A stretch of DNA of 64,000 nt, from the NCBI GenBank assembly GCA_964511175.1, contig CAZEEI010000003.1:77716-141715 (forward strand), in the 5' to 3' direction. Below the pieces are notes generated by a model, which saw only the letters and a list, made by a program, of their open reading frames with translations, was not told where the DNA came from and ran no database searches. The first letter of the stretch is position 1. Every line of letters starts with the position of its first letter. Shown here in pieces: positions 45,546 through 54,803 of the stretch. The DNA comes from an uncultured Pseudomonadales bacterium (GTDB lineage: Bacteria > Patescibacteriota > Microgenomatia > UBA1400 > UBA1396). Both the position numbers and the translations under genes were made by a program.

Positions 45546-47977
45546 CTATGTTGAAAGAAAGAGTTTCAGTTCCACTACCAGACAAGAACTTGTCCAAAAT
45601 TGGTGCGGTAGCGCGGGTTAGCGCAAAGGCAGTAATCGGCGGGCCGCTTAGTAGCGCTTTGGGTTACGCCGGATATAATTTGCCCCTCCCTGGTTTAAGG
45701 CGTATCGCTTTAGCCATTAATCCAAACCTTGAGACTTATTTTGGCTCTCACCAGCGGTCCGAAGTTAGCAGTAACCTAACTGATGCCCATACCATAATGA
45801 CGGCGATCGATCACCGGCTGTACAACCAGGGTCAGCCCCAGCACTTTATCGGTCAAGAACTTTACACGCAGTGGGCCCAGATTAAAGCCGGATTGGAAGC
45901 TCAACTTAATCAGCAGGGTAAATTGCCGGCGGCAGGCCGGTTATCGGATTATGTTTTCTTTGACCGGGAACGTCATCGCTACCTGTTATTTTTCGTGACT
46001 GGCCAACAAATCCAACCAATTGGCATTGATGCTAATTGGCGACCAGGCGCGATTTCACTGTTCGGATTAGGATATTCAGCTAGCGTGGAGACCGGTGTTG
46101 ATCGTGGGGTTGGCGAGGAGTTGGCGATTAATCGCTTGCTATCTGATTTAAATCCTAATTGGCAGCAAAATCCGGATCGCCTGACTCTCCGCAACCTTAA
46201 CTCGGTCAGTAATGCCTATCCACTGGTAAGGCAGTTTGACTGGGAGCCGGAAGGTTGGGTGATTGCCACGCTTCGCGAAAATGGGGTTCGCACTATTGCC
46301 GAACTGCAGACAGTGATACGGTTGCTGTTCAGCGGGGGCCTCCATTATGAGGTGGCGCAAAATAAAGTCCTATTGGACGTTGCTTTGGCGGCAAGGGTAA
46401 GCAAAGTTCTCCGCCTGGCTTGTCCTAATTTATCGGCCGAGCAGGTTGAGCAAGAAATAGTTCAAGCGGCGCAGGACCGGGTTTACTATGACCTAATTTT
46501 GGCCAGTTTACGGCAGTACCCCGATTTTGTCAGTGCATTTATGCGTTCTCCCGCTTTTAAGGCTCATGAACAGGCTTTCATTGATCGCCATTTGGCGGCT
46601 ATCGGCCAGACTCACTGGGAGATAGCTGCCGCTATGCTGGCAGGATTTTACCTTTATCGGTACGAGGGTGTCGATTCGCCCCAGAGCTCTAGCTCTCAAC
46701 ATTATTTGGCTAATATCGAGGGGTACCACACGGACATGGCTGATTTTATTGCTGAATTTAACCGTAACAGTGATGCTGGTTGTCCTCCGATATTGGAAAG
46801 AGGATCGGGTCGGGAGCAAATTTTTAAGGTTGTAACAGATGACCTTGGTTACGAAAAGTTAAGCGCCTTACCAATCTGTCAGGCCAGAATTAATGAGTCG
46901 GAAAAAAACAACGCCATAATCAGTTTTGATCGGTTGTATCACCAAGCTGTCGAACAGAAACTTAGGCACGGCACCCACCAAGCATTACTGAGTAAAATTA
47001 GCCAAGTTGCTGGTATATCAACTGACCCGAACTGTCGGCAGGGAATAGCCCCAACGCTAATTGCTAATGTTGCCATCCAACGGGTAAAGGATGAAAAACG
47101 CCGACCCTATTTACTTTCGGCTACCTGGTTACCGGGAAACGCCGGTTACTTGCTCCGCGATGGCACCCCACTACCCGAACTTGAGAGACAGGTAAGCGTC
47201 GCTAATCCGGAGTTAGAGCAAGCTGATAATGGCTCTGATCGCGAAAGTCAAAACCAAGCGATCATTGCCAGAAGATTCTATCGTTCGCTGGATTATATTT
47301 TAAGCCGGGGTGAATTTACCGCTTTGCCTAGTCAGGATCAAGGTGAGTTGGATCAACTACTGGCTCAAGAAAAAAGAATCCTGAGCGAAGCACCCGTAAT
47401 TTTAGAGTATTTAAGTTTGCACCCTGATGTTCCGGAAAATGTCCGCCAATTTATCGGCGAAATTTTATCAGGCAATTTAGCACGGCGAGTTCTCGAAACT
47501 TTTGGTAGTATTGCTGACCAAGATCCCAACGTGATTGGCCGATTTTTCCCCGAGGGATTACACTCATTTGTTCAAACCACGACTTACCGCTATGTCTTTG
47601 ATTTAATCAGGGGAATTGAGACTAATTTGCTAATTCAGCGGGGATTAGCAGCCAGAATTAAAGCTCAGGTTACCGATAGTTGGCATCCGCCCGATTTTGC
47701 TCAGGTACCGCAAAACAACTTTGCCCAAGCCGTTAATCAAACTTTGGCCGATGGTGCTCATCGTATTGCTGTTTTAAACCACGAAGTTAGCGATATTAAG
47801 ACCTTGAAGGATTTACAAGAAAGAGCGGAAATTATTTTTGGTTGGAATACGGAAGATATGAAGTTCCTGCGCTGGAGTAAGTTTTGGTCGATTTGGCACA
47901 CTTTGGGTGGGGCTTGGGACTGCATTTGTTTTTCACGGAAAACGGTGTTTAATCCTCGGTCGTTCCGAGCCAGTTAG
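45503..47977 (+). CDS. large hypothetical protein (824 aa), no recognisable domain
   Basis: Uninterrupted ORF followed by a terminator hairpin. No Walker, nuclease or protease motif recognised by eye. Confidence 0.5.
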   Translation: MESTLSRRPRRYPLTMLKERVSVPLPDKNLSKIGAVARVSAKAVIGGPLSSALGYAGYNLPLPGLRRIALAINPNLETYFGSHQRSEVSSNLTDAHTIMTAIDHRLYNQGQPQHFIGQELYTQWAQIKAGLEAQLNQQGKLPAAGRLSDYVFFDRERHRYLLFFVTGQQIQPIGIDANWRPGAISLFGLGYSASVETGVDRGVGEELAINRLLSDLNPNWQQNPDRLTLRNLNSVSNAYPLVRQFDWEPEGWVIATLRENGVRTIAELQTVIRLLFSGGLHYEVAQNKVLLDVALAARVSKVLRLACPNLSAEQVEQEIVQAAQDRVYYDLILASLRQYPDFVSAFMRSPAFKAHEQAFIDRHLAAIGQTHWEIAAAMLAGFYLYRYEGVDSPQSSSSQHYLANIEGYHTDMADFIAEFNRNSDAGCPPILERGSGREQIFKVVTDDLGYEKLSALPICQARINESEKNNAIISFDRLYHQAVEQKLRHGTHQALLSKISQVAGISTDPNCRQGIAPTLIANVAIQRVKDEKRRPYLLSATWLPGNAGYLLRDGTPLPELERQVSVANPELEQADNGSDRESQNQAIIARRFYRSLDYILSRGEFTALPSQDQGELDQLLAQEKRILSEAPVILEYLSLHPDVPENVRQFIGEILSGNLARRVLETFGSIADQDPNVIGRFFPEGLHSFVQTTTYRYVFDLIRGIETNLLIQRGLAARIKAQVTDSWHPPDFAQVPQNNFAQAVNQTLADGAHRIAVLNHEVSDIKTLKDLQERAEIIFGWNTEDMKFLRWSKFWSIWHTLGGAWDCICFSRKTVFNPRSFRAS

Positions 47978-48001
47978 GCCGACTTTACGGCAGCAACAAA
48001 A

Positions 48002-48024
48002 AACCGTCTCAAGGACGGTTCTTT
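48002..48024 (+). terminator. rho-independent terminator (AACCGTC-TCAAG-GACGGTT + CTTT)
   Basis: Perfect 7-bp stem preceded by an A-tract. A near copy lies at 48781-48803. Confidence 0.5.
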
Positions 48025-48105
48025 GCGCCAGCCGTCTCAATCCGAGACGCTGCCCTGTCTCCCACGATGGTAGCAAAATCGGCTTTTTTGTCAATAATAA
48101 AAAGT

Positions 48106-48170
48106 GGACCTAAGGGGAGTTGAACCCCTGGACACTGGCTGACAGGGCAGTATCCCCGCCCGGTAGGCCC
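48106..48170 (-). ncRNA. 65-nt tRNA-like remnant (acceptor, D-arm and T-arm present; anticodon arm missing)
   Basis: Minus-strand fold gives acceptor GGGCCTA/TAGGTCC, D-stem GGGC/GCCC and T-arm AGGGGTTCAACTCCCCT + A. Only 15 nt lie where the anticodon arm and variable loop should be. The 5' ~55 nt are repeated exactly at ~48880-48935. Confidence 0.35.
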
Positions 48171-48206
48171 ACTTCTGCTACACTAGCTGGTAATACTGAC
48201 CGAATT

Positions 48207-48761
48207 ATGACTAAACGCACCACTATCTATTTGGTTAGACACGGACAATCAGTGGGCAATACCGCTCGTTTACATGACAGTACGGTTGTTGTTTCGGATC
48301 CGGGTGGGACAGATTTAACCAGCTTAGGTGTCCAGCAAGCCACCCAACTGGCGCAAACTTTAGCTGCGATTCATTTTGACGCCATATTTGCTTCTGATTC
48401 ACGACGGACTCAGCAAACGGCTGAGATTATCGCTACACCCCGTCAATCAAATATCATTACCACCCCCATGATTCGCGAAAGCAAAATCAGGCAAACTACA
48501 GATGGAGAGACCTACGCCGAGGCGGCGGATCGATTAATCACTTTTTTGAGGAAAGTAACTGCTACCTATCCCGGCGGTACTATTCTGGTAGTAACGCACG
48601 GTGCCCTACTACGAGCCTTTTTAATCAAATTAAGCTATGGTACTAATGATGAACTACCTAGCGGTTCAATCGAAAATACGGGTTATGTAGTGGTGGAAAA
48701 ACGTGATGGAGTCGAATTTCTAATTAAAGAAGTGCACGGTGTAAATCGAAAGTTAGCCTAG
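48207..48761 (+). CDS. histidine-phosphatase-superfamily protein (phosphoglycerate-mutase-like)
   Basis: TIYLVRHGQSVGN (RHG catalytic motif) and ILVVTHGALLRAF (second His). The ORF track start 48120 would run through the tRNA-like element, so ATG 48207 is preferred. Confidence 0.75.
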   Translation: MTKRTTIYLVRHGQSVGNTARLHDSTVVVSDPGGTDLTSLGVQQATQLAQTLAAIHFDAIFASDSRRTQQTAEIIATPRQSNIITTPMIRESKIRQTTDGETYAEAADRLITFLRKVTATYPGGTILVVTHGALLRAFLIKLSYGTNDELPSGSIENTGYVVVEKRDGVEFLIKEVHGVNRKLA

Positions 48762-48780
48762 TTAAAAAACCGCCACAAAA

Positions 48781-48803
48781 AACCGCCTCAAGGACGGTTC
48801 TTT
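48781..48803 (+). terminator. rho-independent terminator, second copy (AACCGCC-TCAAG-GACGGTT + CTTTGC)
   Basis: Same hairpin as 48002-48024 with one mismatch. Confidence 0.5.
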
Positions 48804-48972
48804 GCACTGATTACTTCGTTTAACGGAAGTATCCTCTTGCGTGATCATAATTTAACATAAGGGTGTATTTTGTCAATTGAACCCCTGGACACTGGCTGAC
48901 AGGGCAGTATCCCCGCCCGGTAGGCCCACTATGCTACACTAACAAGCGATAGTTACCAAACACTGACGTTTT

Positions 48973-49665
48973 ATGAAAATTCCCCTCTTTGACATTGACG
49001 GCACTCTACTAGTAGGCGGCCGCGGCAACCAAGCCCACCGCGACGGTTTTGATTATGCTTTTCGTACGGTTTTCGGTTTGGCGCAGGCCAGCATCAATGA
49101 GATTAAAACCGACGGTATGGTCGATCAACAAATTATTTTAGAAATAGTGAAACGCCATGGTGTGAATGAAGAACAGGCAATGAGTAAATTGAGTGAGGCA
49201 GTTGCAGCAATTGTAACGTACTACCAAAATCACACTGCCGACAGCCGTTGTGAGGCCGCGGCCGGTGCCGAGGAGTTGCTTAAAAAGTTACAAACCCACC
49301 AAACACCCTTAGGTTTATTAACCGGTAATATCGAGGCGATTGCTTGGGATAAACTCACACGCGCCGGCCTGGCAGATTATTTTCAGTTTGGGGCTTTCGG
49401 CGACTTAGCACTCCAGCGGGTTGATCTAATTGCGATCGCCTGCCGGCGCGCGAACCAGGAATTGGGTACTAATTATCAAGTTAACGATTTAGTGATTATC
49501 GGCGATTCGCCGCGTGATATCGATTGCGCCAAAGCAGGCGGTATTCCCGTCATTGGGGTCGGCGCGGCTAACTTTTCGGCCGAACAATTGCGCCAAGCCG
49601 GAGCCGATTTGGTGGTAGAATCACTAGAAGAGCAAGATAAGATAATCGCTTTTTTGAAAGCCTAA
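48973..49665 (+). CDS. HAD-superfamily hydrolase
   Basis: Motif I MKIPLFDIDGTLL (DxDGT), motif III/IV region VIIGDSPRDIDCAKAGG. Confidence 0.8.
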   Translation: MKIPLFDIDGTLLVGGRGNQAHRDGFDYAFRTVFGLAQASINEIKTDGMVDQQIILEIVKRHGVNEEQAMSKLSEAVAAIVTYYQNHTADSRCEAAAGAEELLKKLQTHQTPLGLLTGNIEAIAWDKLTRAGLADYFQFGAFGDLALQRVDLIAIACRRANQELGTNYQVNDLVIIGDSPRDIDCAKAGGIPVIGVGAANFSAEQLRQAGADLVVESLEEQDKIIAFLKA

Positions 49666-49668
49666 TTT

Positions 49669-50334
49669 ATGACAACGATCGATATTAACCAGATAACGGC
49701 AGATAAATTGGCGAATGGGGATTATCGAGATACTTTGCCGGAGTATTACCAATTAAATGGAGTGATCGAACACAGCATTTGGCATGACCATCAAGATGCT
49801 TTTGATCACATGGTTAAGGTTTATCGTTCCCTAGAAAAGGAACTGACTTTTGCCGATCTGCCCAACAACTTAGCTGATCGGATCCGACAATATTTACAAA
49901 TCAAGGTTGGTAGTCATACCCGCGAGGAACTGTTAAAAGTGGCAACTCTATTGCACGACATTGCCAAGCGGGAAACACTAATTAACAATGCTGACGGCAC
50001 AGCCAACTGTCCTGGTCACGAACACTTAGCTTTTGGACAAGTTAAACATTTTGCCGCCCGCTTTGGTTTAGATACTCTTGATCAAGAACGAGTCGAACGG
50101 CTAGTTTTGCACCACGGCTTTATTTCGGACATACTATTTCAAACGATCAATAAACCAGAACAAAGTGAACAGATTTGGTCAGGATTTATCGGTGCGGTTG
50201 GCGATGTGGCTTATGACTTAGTTATTTTTTACCGGTCGGAATTACACGGCTGCGACCTTGACCGTTTAGCTCCAGCCGAGTATGAACCGCGTGAGAAGAC
50301 GCTGCTCGGTTGGCTGCATACCAAATTGTTGTAG
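49669..50334 (+). CDS. HD-domain phosphohydrolase
   Basis: H...LLHDIAK...HEHLAFGQV...LHHG pattern of the HD metal-binding residues. Confidence 0.6.
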   Translation: MTTIDINQITADKLANGDYRDTLPEYYQLNGVIEHSIWHDHQDAFDHMVKVYRSLEKELTFADLPNNLADRIRQYLQIKVGSHTREELLKVATLLHDIAKRETLINNADGTANCPGHEHLAFGQVKHFAARFGLDTLDQERVERLVLHHGFISDILFQTINKPEQSEQIWSGFIGAVGDVAYDLVIFYRSELHGCDLDRLAPAEYEPREKTLLGWLHTKLL

Positions 50335-50349
50335 TGCTATACTTTCCGC

Positions 50350-50691
50350 GTGAGTACCAATCTCGACGATCTAATTAAGCAATTTGAGCGCATCGACCAC
50401 TACTTTGATCAAACATTTCCGCAGTTACAAAAAGAATACCGCCTGTTGGCTCGATTGGGAAAAATTACCGAAGAGTTGGGTGAGCTAAATAGTGCCGTTC
50501 ATGGCGAATTAAAGCTACATCGGGAAGAAAAACAAAACCACCATCGCACCGAAAGTCTGGCAGAAGAATGGGCCGATGTTTTTAATACGGTAATGCTGTT
50601 TGGTTTGGTGGCGGGGATCGACATGCCACAAGCAATCCAACAGCGCTTGGCGACTATTAATCAGCGGCTAAAAATCGAAACTAGCGAGTAG
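50350..50691 (+). CDS. MazG-like nucleotide pyrophosphohydrolase (all-alpha NTP-PPase)
   Basis: ITEELGELNSAVHG...KQNHHRTESLAEEWADVFNTVMLFG matches the E..E..E/D...D metal-binding helices of the MazG domain. Confidence 0.6.
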   Translation: MSTNLDDLIKQFERIDHYFDQTFPQLQKEYRLLARLGKITEELGELNSAVHGELKLHREEKQNHHRTESLAEEWADVFNTVMLFGLVAGIDMPQAIQQRLATINQRLKIETSE

Positions 50692-51052
50692 CCAGACTGC
50701 TTAAATCTAGTTGTGCCAAACCACTTATTTTGCGGCTAATATTCAGGATTTGAAAGAAACGGGTTACTTCAGCTAAGGCTTCGTTCAAAATAGCTTTTTC
50801 CCAACTATTTTTGCCAGCTAACTTGACTAAATCACGCATCAGAATTGTGGAGAAAGAGCCCAAGGCATTGATACGAGTCATCACCTCAGGTGGTGAGAGC
50901 TGATTCATGCCGTTAATGTAGTATCGTACTTGTGCTGGTAGAAGGCGTGTTTCTGTCTGCCAACCCAAACTTTGAACTGCTTCCGTCAAGTTCATTTGGG
51001 CGCTTAAGGGATTGGGAGCGGTAACAAATAATTTTTCTACTTTAACAGACAT
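50681..51052 (-). CDS. hypothetical protein (123 aa)
   Basis: ORF downstream of, and co-directional with, the malic-enzyme gene. Confidence 0.4.
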   Translation of the reverse strand: MSVKVEKLFVTAPNPLSAQMNLTEAVQSLGWQTETRLLPAQVRYYINGMNQLSPPEVMTRINALGSFSTILMRDLVKLAGKNSWEKAILNEALAEVTRFFQILNISRKISGLAQLDLSSLATR

Positions 51053-51062
51053 GTTTCTCCTT

Positions 51063-52247
51063 TCAAGCAGCTTTAAGGATGGCCGCTGCTACTTTTTTAG
51101 CCAAATTAGGAGTAAACGGATCAGGGATAATTTTCTCTGCCGTCGGCTTGGGTACTAGTTTGGCTAGGGCTTGGCTGGCAGCTTGCTGATGGGCTAGGGT
51201 AATGCGGCTGAGCCGACCGTCGATCACGGCGCGGAATATAGCGGGGAAAGCCAGGACGTTATTAATCTGGTTGGGATAATCACTGCGCCCGCTGGCCACC
51301 ACCGCTGCGCCCGCCGCTTTAGCTTCCTCCGGCATGATTTCTGGTGTGGGATTAGCCATCGCAAAAACAATCGGTTGGCTGGCCATACTTTGGATCATCG
51401 CGGCCGTGATTAACTTTGGACCGGAGACGCCAATTACTACATCGGCACCACGGATCACTTCGGCTAGACTGCCAGATTTTTTGTCTTGGTTAGTGTAAGC
51501 AGCCATCAATTTTTTGTAGTGGCCTAAGTCACTGCGTTTTTGATTAATCGCGCCACACCGATCGACTAAAATAACGTCTCGTACGGTTACAGCTTTACTA
51601 AGACGTTCGCACTTAGTGGATGAACAAGCTAATCCGAGCAGAGTTTGCGCAATGGCCCAACCTGCCGATCCAGCGCCCATAATCACTACCCGTAAGCTGG
51701 CATAGGGCTTGCCGACTACTTTGGCGGCGTTTTGCAGAGCGGCCGATACGACAATAGCGGTGCCGTGTTGGTCATCATGAAAGACGGGTATGCCGATATC
51801 CTGCAGGCGCTCCTCAATTTCAAAGCAGCGCGGCGCAGCAATATCTTCTAAGTTAATGCCGGCAAAACTAGGAGCGATTTGTTGAACAAAACGGACAATT
51901 TCGTCGGTATCCTGGGTGTCGATTACCAGCGGTACGGCATCGACGCCGCCGAACTGCTTGAGTAGAGCGGCTTTACCTTCCATGACCGGTAAGCCCGCTG
52001 CTGCGCCGATATTGCCTAAACCTAAAACGGCCGAACCATCGCTGACCACCGCCACGGTTCGCCCACGCCAAGTTAGGTCAAAAGACTGGGTGGGATCTTG
52101 GGCAATCACCCGGCAGGGTTCGGCTACTCCCGGTGTATAAGCCAGTGATAAATCGTGTCGATCCTGCAGCGGGACGCGCAATTTAATTTCAATTTTGCCC
52201 TGATGTTGGCGGTGGAGTTGAAGAGCTTGGGTGTTAATATCGGACAT
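51063..52247 (-). CDS. NAD(P)-dependent malic enzyme (short form)
   Basis: VIMGAGSAGWAIAQ (Rossmann GAGxAG), VFAMANPTPEIMPEEA (malic-enzyme ANPTPE signature) and the N-terminal divalent-cation site region. Confidence 0.85.
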   Translation of the reverse strand: MSDINTQALQLHRQHQGKIEIKLRVPLQDRHDLSLAYTPGVAEPCRVIAQDPTQSFDLTWRGRTVAVVSDGSAVLGLGNIGAAAGLPVMEGKAALLKQFGGVDAVPLVIDTQDTDEIVRFVQQIAPSFAGINLEDIAAPRCFEIEERLQDIGIPVFHDDQHGTAIVVSAALQNAAKVVGKPYASLRVVIMGAGSAGWAIAQTLLGLACSSTKCERLSKAVTVRDVILVDRCGAINQKRSDLGHYKKLMAAYTNQDKKSGSLAEVIRGADVVIGVSGPKLITAAMIQSMASQPIVFAMANPTPEIMPEEAKAAGAAVVASGRSDYPNQINNVLAFPAIFRAVIDGRLSRITLAHQQAASQALAKLVPKPTAEKIIPDPFTPNLAKKVAAAILKAA

Positions 52248-52272
52248 AGGCGGAGTATAACAGTCAGGCAGG

Positions 52273-53499
52273 TTAACGTAAAATGCGGCGTTTCAACTGA
52301 ACTTTACCGATAGCGCCGGTAATAGCAGAGCCAACGCCATAACCCATCAGCAGGAAAGCCACGTCTGGCTCAATTAGACCACGCTCAATCATTTCGACTA
52401 GAACCACACCAGCTGTAGAGGAACTAGTGTTACTACTAAGCACTTTTTCGTTAAAAACCCAGGGAGAATTAGTCCGCGGATAACCCCGCTGGTCGGTGGC
52501 ATGATCCAGTTTATGCTGGATACCCTCCAGAACTTTACGGGCGGCATGGTGAGCCAAGCTTGGCCCAAGCGGTCCGTGTTGGGGAGCTAAATTGGCCCAG
52601 TAATCGAGTACGATTGGTGTGATTACCGGCGGTACACGTTTACCAAAATACTTAAAGACCGACCAAGCGTTCATGACAGCGGTATTTTGGCTGAGGGGCA
52701 TTAACAGTCGCGACCCCTGCGCGGAATAAGCGAAGTGATCGCGGGCATTATCCTTAATTTCGTACCAAGGTGGTGGCACTTGGCGCTGGTCGATTGGCGG
52801 CAAGTCATAGGAGTGAGGCACTTGAATGACTCCCATTTCATCGCGTTCAATAACGGTGTGGGCATTGAGAATATTTAATTCAAACCCGGGTAGAAAAGCA
52901 AAACTGGCGGCTTTATTGCTGAAAGTCCACGCGGTTTGAAAATCATTAGGATCGATAATGTTGCCACTGAGGTTTTCAATTGCCGTTATTACCACCTGTT
53001 TGCCGCGCATAGTTGGTAAAAGACAAGCATCGACAATGGCGGCAATCATGCCGTTGCAAGCTTGACCATAGAAGAGAATGTGGTCAACGGCAATGCCTTT
53101 GCGCCGCAGTTGCTGTCCTACGAGTGCTAAATTTTCTGGCTTAAAAGAAAGCGAACTAACGATTAGGTAATCCAGATGGTGCCAGTGGCGTTCGCGGGCG
53201 GCCAGCGCAGCAGTTTCAGTCACAATACCAGCCTGAAATTTTTGGAATTCGGGACTGCGTACATCAACGTCAGGATCAACGCGCTGGCCGCCCACAAAAC
53301 CAGATTCCAACACGGTTTCTCTTTGGATAGCGGTCAGATTAGGGCGCTGTGTCAACCACTGAGCTTGGTTTTGATATTGTCCCCAGCCATGGTACATAGC
53401 TACCATGTTGCCAAGTCGGGCGACCTTTGGCTCACTGAGCGGGAAGCGCTCGTGAAACTCGGCAATTACTAGATCCTCAGGAGTCAAATGTTTAGGCAT
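52273..53499 (-). CDS. thiolase-fold condensing-enzyme-like protein (KAS III/FabH-like)
   Basis: Active-site Cys context GQACNGMIAAIVDA (cf. FabH ACAGF), SSNTSSSTAG (cf. GNTSAAS) and C-terminal GYGVGSA (cf. FabH GFGGG). Confidence 0.5.
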   Translation of the reverse strand: MPKHLTPEDLVIAEFHERFPLSEPKVARLGNMVAMYHGWGQYQNQAQWLTQRPNLTAIQRETVLESGFVGGQRVDPDVDVRSPEFQKFQAGIVTETAALAARERHWHHLDYLIVSSLSFKPENLALVGQQLRRKGIAVDHILFYGQACNGMIAAIVDACLLPTMRGKQVVITAIENLSGNIIDPNDFQTAWTFSNKAASFAFLPGFELNILNAHTVIERDEMGVIQVPHSYDLPPIDQRQVPPPWYEIKDNARDHFAYSAQGSRLLMPLSQNTAVMNAWSVFKYFGKRVPPVITPIVLDYWANLAPQHGPLGPSLAHHAARKVLEGIQHKLDHATDQRGYPRTNSPWVFNEKVLSSNTSSSTAGVVLVEMIERGLIEPDVAFLLMGYGVGSAITGAIGKVQLKRRILR

Positions 53500-53534
53500 A
53501 AGTTAATCTTACCCGATCGTTTATAATCGAGCCA

Positions 53535-54803
53535 ATGGTTAATGATTTTCCCCTCAAATTTTTCCCCCGTTTTGCCTACGAACAATTTATTAAACCTCAG
53601 TACGACGGCTATAACTTTGGCAACATTCACGCTACCATCCGCCATTTATTTGGTCACCCCAATGGCCAGCCCATTCTACCGGTTGATTGTTTTGGCCAGG
53701 AATATCCTCAGCCGCACGTGGTAGTCTTGTTTTTTTTAGATGCCTTTGGTTGGCAATTTTGGCAGGACGAGTCAATCCAACCGGCCGCCCTCGTGAAAAT
53801 TAAGGAAGAAGGCAGGGTGACACCCTTAACTACTTTGTTTCCTTCCACCACGGCGTCGTCGCTAACTACTTTGCACACTGGCCAGTTACCGGCCCAACAC
53901 GCCTTATACGAATGGAATTTACTAATTCCAGAGTATGACGAGGTAATTCAGACGCTCATATTTGCCCCCTTGGGTGAAAGACTGCAGGACCAATTATTGG
54001 CAACCAAACATGATCCGAATGTTCTTTTTAACCAAGGCGAAACTTTGGTGGGTGCTTTAGCCAAAGATGGGGTTAAAACGATCCAAGTTATACCGCGTGA
54101 CTATAGTCAGTCAGCTTATAACCAGCTAATCGGCAAAGGTGATAGCCCAGCCCAGCCTTACCGCAACCTGAACGAAGCCTTCGGTCAAATTAAGGAGAGT
54201 ACGCGTTTAGCTAAAGGACCGACCTTTATTTATTTCTACTATGGCGACATCGATAACACGATGCACACCTATGGCCCTCAGTCGTCGGAAGCGCGGACCA
54301 AAATCACCCAGTTTTGGCAAGTTTGGGATGAGGCCTTTAGCCAGTGGAATAAGCCGGCTGATACCCTGTTTTTATTTACTGCCGATCATGGCCAAATTGC
54401 CCTGAATCCAGACAAGGCTATTTATTTAAACCGATTGGTGCCGGAACTAATACCGTGGCTACGCACTCACCGTAACGGTCAGCCGATTATGCCCAACGGT
54501 TCACCCCGCGATGTCTTTTTGCACATTCAACCGGAACGAGTGGAAGAAGCCCTTAATTTACTACGCACCAAACTTGATCTAAAAGCCCTGGTGATGACTA
54601 CCACCGAAGCCCGGGAACAAGGATTGTTTGGTCGCGGTCCCTTTGATCAGCATTTCTTAGATCGACTAGGTCAAATTTTGATTTTGCCTTATGAACAAAA
54701 CCAGATTTGGTGGTATGACCCGCCTCGTTTGTACGCCAAACACCGGGGTTCACATGGTGGACTTTCGCCAGAAGAAGCGTTAACCGTTTTCGCAACCTGG
54801 TGA
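53535..54803 (+). CDS. alkaline-phosphatase-superfamily metalloenzyme (type I phosphodiesterase/nucleotide pyrophosphatase-like)
   Basis: LFFLDAFGW (metal-binding Asp), SLTT (nucleophile Thr/Ser region) and FTADHG (AP-superfamily DHG motif). Confidence 0.65.
   Translation: MVNDFPLKFFPRFAYEQFIKPQYDGYNFGNIHATIRHLFGHPNGQPILPVDCFGQEYPQPHVVVLFFLDAFGWQFWQDESIQPAALVKIKEEGRVTPLTTLFPSTTASSLTTLHTGQLPAQHALYEWNLLIPEYDEVIQTLIFAPLGERLQDQLLATKHDPNVLFNQGETLVGALAKDGVKTIQVIPRDYSQSAYNQLIGKGDSPAQPYRNLNEAFGQIKESTRLAKGPTFIYFYYGDIDNTMHTYGPQSSEARTKITQFWQVWDEAFSQWNKPADTLFLFTADHGQIALNPDKAIYLNRLVPELIPWLRTHRNGQPIMPNGSPRDVFLHIQPERVEEALNLLRTKLDLKALVMTTTEAREQGLFGRGPFDQHFLDRLGQILILPYEQNQIWWYDPPRLYAKHRGSHGGLSPEEALTVFATW

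Noticed and set aside
48120-48206. Upstream extension of the histidine-phosphatase ORF (ORF track start 48120)
   Set aside because: The extension reads through the tRNA-like repeat element and lacks the family's N-terminal RHG context. ATG 48207 directly precedes TIYLVRHGQS.
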